This document shows positions 8,200-17,140 of a DNA stretch of 64,000 bases, one piece after another (the stretch's first letter is position 1; each line of letters opens with the position of its first letter). Origin of the DNA: Podarcis vaucheri (Eukaryota); NCBI GenBank assembly GCA_965113315.1, contig OZ220372.1; one strand, given 5' to 3'. The position numbers and the translations under genes are program-made. A model generated the notes under the pieces. That model was not told the DNA's origin, searched no databases, and saw nothing but the letters and a program-made list of their open reading frames with translations.

Positions 8200-10055
8200 C
8201 TAAATTTCGGTGATCTCATATTCACCTTCTCCCAAATGTTTCATCTGTACATAGTCTGGGAAAGTGGGAGCATGTCGGGAGCGGGAATAGGCTCGAAGAG
8301 GAAAGGAGCTAGCAGAAGCAGAATGACGGAGGAGAGAGCAGCAAGGGGTAATGCAATGCATAGTACAACATAGGATAGAGACACAGAGGAAAACAGTTAA
8401 AATGATGAACAACACGACTTTCAATAGTTGTCTGAGCCATCCCAGCTTGGGCAACCATCCCCATAAGTCTACGTCGGATAGCCCCTCATGCTGGATGTCG
8501 TGGAGTTTCCCTGCTAGTTCATGAATGTTATTTAAATGTCCAGTTATATTTAAGGTCTGGTCAGTCACGTATGTACAGCACTCTGTGCCTATTAATGCAC
8601 AGGTACCTCCTTGACTGGACAAGAGGAAGTCTGTCGCGATCCTCGTCTGTAGGCTCAATTGTCTTACCTCGGATAGTTCCGACATTAGAGAGTCTGTGAT
8701 CTGAGTCGCCTCCTGCATGAACTTAAGGAGGATGTCGGTGAGTCGGAGAATATCCACGTGGTTTGAACCGGCACCGTAGGCGGGGAAGAGTGCTCGGCCT
8801 ACGGTCTCTCCATTTGCAGCAACGTCTGACAGGTCTGACAGCTCCTTTTGCTCCCTTTTGTTCCGTTGTCTTCCGGGCGGTAGGTGTGGTAATATTCTAA
8901 TTCCGGGAACGATGTAGCCGATGAAGCAGGATCCGGACATGTGTGGGCTCACCCATGTATAGGCGCGGTGCCCACACACCCAGAATAGGCCGCTGAGGTA
9001 AGATTCCATTCGGCCTGAAGCAAAGGTTTGTAGTAGCTTGGTGTCTGCGGGTTGTGGCTTCCAGTCCAAGGGATGTCCAACCGCAGTGGCCCAGGCAACA
9101 GTAAGATTAGGAAAAGTTCGGGAGTCCCTTGTGTTAGAGACAGTGACCAGTCCAGTTGGTAGGATTTCCAGAGTGTTGGTGCATGTACTGGATCCGATGA
9201 AGGTTCCTTCCCCTGAGAAGCTGCGGCAAAGGGGTCCCTTCGTAGGGCCGGTGAGGTAGAGGTATTGATGTGTTAAGTTGAGTGCGGTCAGGTTCCAGGA
9301 GGTAACATTTCCGGAACGGAACTGTTCTAGGGTCACTGGTACAGGGACCAGTGGGAGGCTCTGTTGGAGATGGCTGGGTGCGTGAGCGCAAATCCAGCAG
9401 TCCGGGTAGGGTGACTCCTTCGCCACCTGGCTGAGAAGCTTAATATAGGAGTTTTGCTCCCAGGATGACAGGAGGTCTTCTCCCGGGAGTGCCGGGTCGG
9501 TGCCGAATTGTCGGGGTGCTGTGCCAACCGGATGGAGGGGGTCGGTGGTGTTCAGTAGTCGCCTATCCCTGGCGATACCGCCGCATCGCAGGGGTCCGAC
9601 GTGGTCCCATGAGGGGGAGCGCGAGGGGTGTAAAGAATGGTGCCACCCTTCGAGATATTCAGCCCCTCTCCACTCATGAGTGACCCCTAAGTCCCATAGG
9701 CAGCAGAACCGTCGTAGGCAGAGTCCTTGGAGTTGGGGCTTCCGGGTTTCTGGGGTGGAGCGGAGGCACTGGAAGCCGAAAATCAAGTTTCCAGAGGGGT
9801 GGCTTGATTCCGTATAAGCGTGAGTAGCCCCTCCTGTCTCGACTTCGGTCCAGTTTGGGGTTTGCGAGACCTCCCCGTTCTCGTAAAGAAGGTAAGTCCC
9901 ATTTCTGCAGGTCAGCCGGTAAGAGGAGTGGTCAAGAGTGAGAGTCGCAGAGCCGATACGATGTAAATCCTTGTTTCGAATGAAAAGTTCCCAATATTCG
10001 TTTTCGGCGAGTTGGGGAACTAGGGAATGGCGCAGCAAGGTCCGGGACTCGGGAA
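8200..10055 (-). CDS. env: Gamma-type envelope glycoprotein (SU+TM); frame open but no initiating ATG or signal peptide visible
   Basis: CWIC (CxxC) at 9388-9399; furin site RNKR at 8854-8865; ISD-like LQTRIATDFLLSSQGGTC; CX6CC (CALIGTECC); hydrophobic TM VVLFIILTVFLCVSIL; many NxT/S sites. The ORF-track start at 10038 is TTG. Confidence 0.92.
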
Positions 10056-10618
10056 GGCTGGGATTGGGATAGAAAGCAAGACCACTTCCTGCCCCCTAGA
10101 AAGGACGCTCGGGAAGATCGGAAAGAGAGCTCCAACCCCTTGCTTTCAACTGGGATGCCCGTTTGCGGAGAGTCGGCTATCTTTCAAGTCGGGTCTCTCC
10201 GTCTTACCTTTCGGGCTCCCAATTGGTGCGGCTGGCTGGAGGGTTTAGATAAAGAGATAGAGCTCAGAACCCCCCTTTGGGTCGAGCAGCGGTCCACGGT
10301 CTCTCTCACTGACTGGACCAAGAGAAAGGCAAGAAGGTACGATAGAGAGGAGGGCAGAGAATTCAGTTGCCAGGAGACTTCCACCCCTTCCCACCAGTGC
10401 ACTGGATTTTCCTATACTCACGCGTCTTCCCCGTCGATCCGATCCCGGGATCGATGAATGAGCCGGCTGGATCCCTTTTGCTCCCCGGCTGAACTCCTGG
10501 GGCTTCCGATTACCGCCCGGGAGATGGCCGGAGGTCCAAAAGGGTCTTCTCGGGCAAATTGGCCCGCAGCCGGCTGAAGAATTCGGGGCCTCCGGTCAGC
10601 AACCCGGGAGAACCGCTA
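10056..10618 (-). promoter_or_regulatory. Leader of the env unit; copy of the first ~560 nt of the gag-unit leader (6414-6976)
   Basis: Same sequence at an offset of 3642 (matching ORF-track peptides); identity ends at 10056/6414. Confidence 0.9.
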
Positions 10619-10636
10619 GCCCCACGTTGGGCGCCA
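10619..10636 (-). promoter_or_regulatory. Second primer binding site, tRNA-Lys1,2
   Basis: TGGCGCCCAACGTGGGGC, 3 nt after the CA end of the outer LTR. Confidence 0.93.
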
Positions 10637-10639
10637 AGC

Positions 10640-11765
10640 TGTTACGGAAAATCTGGGTGCGTATCTACCCTGCCACCCAGCCAATCGGACCAAGTCCGTG
10701 GATTCTAGCGGAAGAAAAGGAAGCTCAGCCGGACGCAGGAGCAAAATGCGAAGATCCAAGTTTATTGCGCAACAGGTTCAAGACGAGATTGAACCCCGAG
10801 AATGGGGCGACATAAACTTTTAAAAGTTCCCACCAAGTCCCATAACACAGTGCGAGAAACGTCATGAATACATTATGGGAAGGTTGGATTTCATGGGTTA
10901 CATCATGAATACATTACACACGTCATGAATATGTCAGAGAAAAGGTGGGGTTAGACTAATTTACATTTGAGGAAAGGGAGGGGGAATATGCAGAGCGAGG
11001 GTCATACACAAATATACATTTCATGAGTACCGGTGGCGGTGAGACAATGGGTTACTGATATGCACTGTCTGCCACCTGGTATTGCCCGGGGGACGGGCTG
11101 GGCAGAGCGATCCGACAGGATTAAGGAGTTCCTGTGTACGTGACTTGCCGTCTCGAGGATTATGGAGTCGGCCAACATCATGGAGTCCTGGGGAAACTGA
11201 GTCGAATGACACCAAGAGCAAGAAAATTGGAGCTGCGGTTGATTTTATATGAATTTTTGAAAGGTTCTGATGACTTTCAGTCCGTTCCGTAGCCTAGATC
11301 AAAAGCGGAAGCAGAATGTATCCATTCTTGCAGAAATGGATACATTGTAACAAGGGTTTGACAGTTTTACGAGGTCGGGAGTTTCGGTTCTATTGTTCTC
11401 GCCATGGGGGGCCGTCAGCAGCTCGTCAGGAGGTTAAATGAGGCGTGCAAGAGCTCCCTGAGCTAGCTCCTGCAGGACGAATGCATGGCTGTGATTGGCC
11501 AAAGCGCGGCCATAGGAATAAGCGGAGAAGGGAAACACTCGGTCTACTCATTCTAAGTATGGAGCGCAGATAGGCATAGGAAAGGATAGGGAATATATAT
11601 ATACTCGAGCTTATTTCGCTCGGGAAAAGGTCTGGGAAACATGTGGTGCTTGTGCAACGGTGAAGGGGGTTCGAGGGTGGGTGTGCGGTGGTACCCTTGA
11701 GGTCATCGCCTCGGACCGCCAAAAGGAAGGGAGGAAATAGGCACCCCCCCCCTCAGTCCGTATCA
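10640..11765 (-). repeat. Outer 5' LTR (1126 bp)
   Basis: Matches 6998-8124; the only difference seen by eye is a C-run of 9 versus 10. Host AT-rich sequence (gtatatt...) starts at 11766. Confidence 0.96.
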
Positions 11766-14700
11766 GTATATTAATTCCAAAACACAAATATCATTACTAT
11801 TAATAACTCAGAAATCAATTCTAACTGGCACATTCTCAGATTGCAATCTAAACAATTACCCTGGTATTTACCTATGACGTTAGATAGCATTGTTTTCCAG
11901 AGGATAACAGTGAGATAACTAGGGACTGGTATACAGTGGAGCAAATGATAATCTCAGAGGTACAGTATGACTGTGGTCACATAACAGGTGACTGCTATCA
12001 TCATGCAAAACCTGTTTTCCAGAAGGAAGTGAGATAATCTATCTTCCAGTTGCAGAGGCAGCCAGGGCTGCAGGATATGTTATGCTACCACAAATGGATC
12101 TTGCATTTGTGACTGGAGATTGCAGAGGTGTATTTTTATATATATGCTTTGCTCAAAACAAATTGCCCAATCAGCCTGTCAAGGCTGCTTTACATACCTA
12201 CCAATGGAAAAACAAGCTGCAGAATTCTGTTGACTCTTACACAGCATGCTAGGATTTAAGAGGCTACTCTCTAATTTTCATTAAGTGTATGCAATTGTTA
12301 GTATTTGTTCAAATTGTGTAATTTGTTTTGGCATTCCCATGAAAAAGACATGCTCAATTTAATTTTGGATAAAGCTTCACTTTGTATTAAAGAAAAGATA
12401 ATTTAGTTGGTAGATTAAAGATAACATGATTCACAGCAAGGGGATTTGGAAGCACATCAAAGATTTTAATTTTAAAAACCCCTGCTCCACAAAATCAGTC
12501 AAAGTCCTGTTTTCCTTTCAAGACTTATTGCAGGTGGTGTAATAAGTTAAAGATACCTGTGAAGCCTTGAAACTTTACAACATAATTCATCCAAAGTGGA
12601 AACACTGGAATTTAGATGCACTAAGTAAGGGAATGAAATTCTTCCAAGTTTTAAGGAGGTGCATTTGTGATTAAGGGATGTTTGTAGCAATTCTGTCTCA
12701 TTTGCCTCAAATGTTAAGAAAACAACAAAATGTTATATTTGCCTATTTCTATCACCATGAATTATATCTATCAATTTTTTAAAATAGTATAGTAAAAAAT
12801 GAAATTGATACTGGAGGTTTCCTGGTGGTCACCTGTCTATTTGACTGATCTAAGAATAAAGTTATTTTGAAAATCTCTCTCGTTATGTATACATTTGTGT
12901 GTGTGTGTGTGTGTGTGTGATACACACACACATATATACAGTATGCAGAACTTGAAGAGATGTTAGTTATTACAAGTGTCTCAGAGAGAGGGCCATGTAA
13001 AGAGATCAGCATATAGATAAATGCAAATATGTTTAGGGAGCAAGAGAACTTCGTCTTGCCTTGGTTGCTAACACTGGCTAAACAACATAGTATTGAACCA
13101 TTTTAGTAGAACAGAGATGAAATATACAGGAAGAACAACATTTAAACAGAAATCTAGAATGGTATGGTAATAGATTTGCTGGGAGAGGAAGGAGAAAGCA
13201 ATAGAGAGAGACCTAGAAATAATGCAGATATGAAAATAATAGAAAAGCTGCCTTACTTCCAAACCTGCTCTATTTATGCAGTTTAAGTAGAGCAATACAC
13301 TGAAGTTATTATGACGTGTCTGAGTTGTATCAAGTTTAGACATAACATCCATTTATCTTGGCACAGCCCATAATCCCTAAATTATCTATGTCTTAGCAAA
13401 CCCCTCATAGTGCTTTTTAAAATCTTTGTCCTCCTTAAAACAAGAGTCTGCCAATGAATTGCCTCCAAATACATACCACTGGAGGCAAAAGTGCTGTTCT
13501 CTGCCTCAGTCACCCAGGGGAAGGAATCCTTATGAGAAAAGGGGAGCAGAAGGCAGGGCTGTGGCTTAGCCTTGCTTAAATCACCTACCCAGCAGAGGCT
13601 AGTGCGCACTGCATGTGTGCCAACAATACACCAAAAGGCCACTAGAGCTTTTGTAGCCTCAGAGAGGACCTCTATTGTTTCTAGTAAGATTCAATAGGCA
13701 GTTGCTTCAATGCAATAATTCCATAGCCATCATCCTAACAAGCTTTCAGGAAAATCCACCAGAAACAAGCTTTCTTCAGATGCCACCATTTGAGGTATGG
13801 AGGATGACTATTTGCTGGTGGGACCACCACCTGTGGAATGTCTTCCCCAGATGAGCTTACTAGGCACCAACCTTGATGTTACTTCAGTGCCAGGAAAATG
13901 ACTTTTTATTTTATTTTCCCAGACTTTTTCATCCTCTGTAAATTGCCTTTGTTTGTTTGTTTTCATTTTGCAGATTACTTTCATATAGTGGTGTTCTAAT
14001 GCTTTTGGTTTAATCTGTTTTGTTGCAATTTTAACTTAATGTACATAAGCTGTTGCAGGGTGAGGAATTAAGTAAATAAAAGCTAGACATCCGCTTGGCA
14101 TGTGACTGTGATCTGATCCTGAGACTGCTTGCACCAATTTTGTTCCCAAAGCAGCATATTAATTTACTTGAGCTCAGAGAGGGAGAATCTGGTTTTTAGA
14201 ATAGGTGCAAAATTAGCTTGTACATAAAATTTGCAAAGCATTTTCCCACCTATTTTCAAACATGAATAATTATACTAGAAGACATCTATCACTTGGGGGT
14301 GGGGAGAGCAAAAGAATCATGAAAATGAGACAAAGGTTTATTTTTAACCAGTGTGTGGGATCACTTTCCTTTTTAAAGAATACCCTGGAGCTGTCTCAAG
14401 TCCTTATCTTCTTGGCAGCTGCTTAGAATTCTAAACCAACAACCACGCTAAGAAATCCAGACTTCAGCTGATATATGCTCCTTTTCCCAGGCTTCTTGGC
14501 CAATGGGAAGGAATTGCTCCAGCAAAAGAACTATGGATTACTCTATCATCTGTCATTTTATCAGCTTTCTATTAAAGCTACTTTCTGAAATAACACCCAA
14601 ACACAGAGTGTTTCTTCAGATTGTAAGGAAATTTATCACAGGGTCCAAGCACACAGATGAAACAAGCTACAAATATTTGTAATTGTATGGCAGGGAAGCA

Positions 14701-17051
14701 AAATAAGACTGAAAATAAAAGTACATGCAGGAATGGGTAAGTTTCCTTCATAAATGAACTCAAAGCAGGCTGAAACAGTGGAATTGCTCATTTTGTTCAC
14801 ACGCTAAACCATGGCTGAGGGTTACCAGAATGAGCAGCAGTGAGCCCTAGGCTTTATGTGCAGCTGCAAGGACCAGTTTGGAAGCCTTTGCTTCCATTTT
14901 TGCTTAACCACAGCTTGTTGTGATGTCCAAAGCCAGACAAACCATAGTTCACATGGTTTGTTGAAGCAAGCCAACTTCAAACCATGGGGTATGAAGGTGG
15001 GTGGTTCCAACAAACCATAGTTAAGATTGCTTCAGTCACAGAAGTGGTCCAGCCAGCCATTTGGAGCCAATATGCGGAGACTTCATGAAAATCCTGAATC
15101 TCCATATTCAAGCTATAATAGGATTTTCAATGACACAGCATCCTTATTGATATAATTCTTTTATCTTCTTTTCATCATCCTGTATACCACTAAACAGCAA
15201 CTAGTTTACCCAGAAGGCTGCTTTGAGAATGGACGCAGAGTCAGAAGGCCAAGACTCCTATGTCCTCATGGCTACTAACAAATCAGGATGCTACATATGC
15301 TACTCAACTGACCCACCTCTTTTCTTCATGGTTTGGCAACTGGCGAGAGTAAGAAAAAGTCTATAAGGGAACTGAATTTGCCTGGGGTAAGTTTTCAGCT
15401 ACTGACTCCTGCTATGTGGTTTAAACATGAGAACCCTCTACATATAATCCAAATTGCTTTGGCTATAGAAGCAGACCAGGTAACCATTTGGAGCAGCACA
15501 ATTCAATGGGAAATGCATGTCCAATCTCTCCTTGGCTTTGGTACAGTTAGCTCTCCATGTGTATTGAGACTCTGCTGTGTTTCAGAATTCTCTCGGACAA
15601 CTAGGGAAATCCTGAGGTCCACTTTTAGTTTGAATCAGAGTGTCTTGTCACTCTGCCCCGCCCTACCCCATCCTGCCTAAAGTGCCAACCAAACCATGAG
15701 ACACCCCTGAACATTATAATACTTGAAACATTTGAAAACCCACAGACCTGCAATACAATTACAAGCTTATCATGTGATGAAAAAACCCCTACTCTCATCA
15801 TTTTGCTTCCTAAGCTTAGGAAGAGAATGCATGGTGTACCATTAAAGTGCTAATTAATCAATCAACAATTGTATGAATATATCCTCTGTCTCATCAAGAA
15901 GCAACTATATTCCTCATAAAGTTCCCAAGCAGAAATTATTGATCATGCTAATGATGAAATAATTAAGTCAAGTCAGCCAGGGTTCTTGGAATTTTATCAG
16001 CTGATAATCAAGGCACGATCCAATCAAACCAGCATCTTGAAGCCCCATTTAGTATGTGCTTAAATATTTCTAATTGAAATTAATGAGACTAAAATGTGCT
16101 TAAGTTTGACTGGATTTTAAGTGTGCCAAATCTTTACTGTAAACTCTAAGGAGGATGTACTTAACTAAGACAAAGAATTCTAATCGTTGAACAGGCCAAC
16201 AAAAGTATGATGGGATGGCATCAGGGATTCAGTGCCATTATAACAAGATACAAAACTGAACAATGTAAGAGAAACACCAAACCTTATCCACCAATTAAAC
16301 TCTTCAGAATGTGCAACAGGTAACATTTTTACTTGAAATGCAGACTCAAGATTATATATTTCTTAAAACCTCAGAGATAACATGGTAGAGCCAGATGCTT
16401 TAGAAGTGGCAATTATTTGCTATTACCTTCAGTCTAAATTGTTAAATTGAAAATGGCATTCAGCCAATGAATTCAGAGCTATTTCTTTGTTTATGTTGTT
16501 TTCTGTCTCTCTGGATATTTACCAAGAGCTTCTGACTTAATTATGCTACAAATACAGCAGCAACAACAACAAAAAGAATCTGAATAATTGCTCTCTTTAC
16601 GTTTAAAAATAAAGAAAGGCTTCCCCTGAATCAGCAGTTTCTTATGACAGGAGGAGTTCAGTGCACAAAACAGAGCTCTTACTCTCACAAGTTGAAACCC
16701 ATATTGTTCATTTAAAGGAGGATGCTGATCTGTATGCAACCTGCTGGACTTTACATAGACTTTAATGCACCACTGCCTAGTGGACAGCAGCCATGGCAGC
16801 CTCACTGGCAGAGATACATAATCTTACACCAACAGTGCTAAGGGTTAGAGCCAGCCACTCTATTGCTCTTTTAAAGCAGGGGGAATTATGTATCAAATAA
16901 ATACTTCCATTCCAGCAACATGCTTTGGCTAAATGTAGGTCCACTGTAAAAGTCTAAAGACTGGCTCTGGTTCTCTTGAGCAAATAAGCTGGCCAATTTG
17001 AATGAAGAAGAATTCAGTTCACAAAAATATATCCCAAAGATGTTGCCTTAC

Positions 17052-17140
17052 CTTGTTATAGTACTGCACCTGGACAGAGTGCCACTGCCCATCACTAACC
17101 CCTCCTGGAACAAAGGGGGCAACTGTCGTAGTGGTTTCCC
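17052..17140 (-). CDS. CELSR1: CELSR1 coding exon (probably exon 5; laminin-G domain), 89 bp
   Basis: cctttcAG|GG GAA ACC...AAC AAG|GTaagg; encodes (G)ETTTTVAPFVPGGVSDGQWHSVQVQYYNK; phase fits the previous exon. Confidence 0.92.

Larger units (their letters stand above)
1..11765 (-). mobile_element. Young class I (gamma/epsilon-like) endogenous retrovirus, tandem LTR-env-LTR-gag-pol array; 3' end lies outside the window
   Basis: Two near-identical ~1.13-kb LTRs with TG...CA ends, each followed by a tRNA PBS; open gag, pol and env frames; GC-rich against the AT-rich flank that starts at 11766. Confidence 0.97.

Noticed and set aside
8200-10055. Domesticated syncytin-like host gene
   Set aside because: It is flanked by near-identical LTRs and intact gag-pol (very young) and has no ATG or signal peptide; nothing suggests long-term co-option.
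10184-10402. Leader ORF (LSYLLAFLLV) as the missing Env signal peptide or a glyco-Gag-like leader
   Set aside because: GTG start; the hydrophobicity comes from a pyrimidine tract; splicing from 10208 to 10057 lands in the wrong frame for env.
8200-11765. Env unit as a reverse-transcribed, normally spliced env mRNA
   Set aside because: The breakpoint lacks a GT donor and the unit keeps about 360 nt downstream of the first donor-like site.
10057-17052. In-frame CELSR1-Env fusion by splicing the 89-bp exon to the acceptor at 10057
   Set aside because: That exon ends in phase 0, which gives the PSRVPD... frame ending at 9932, not env. Only the phase-2 223-bp exon would fit, requiring two skipped exons and read-through of an LTR poly(A) site.
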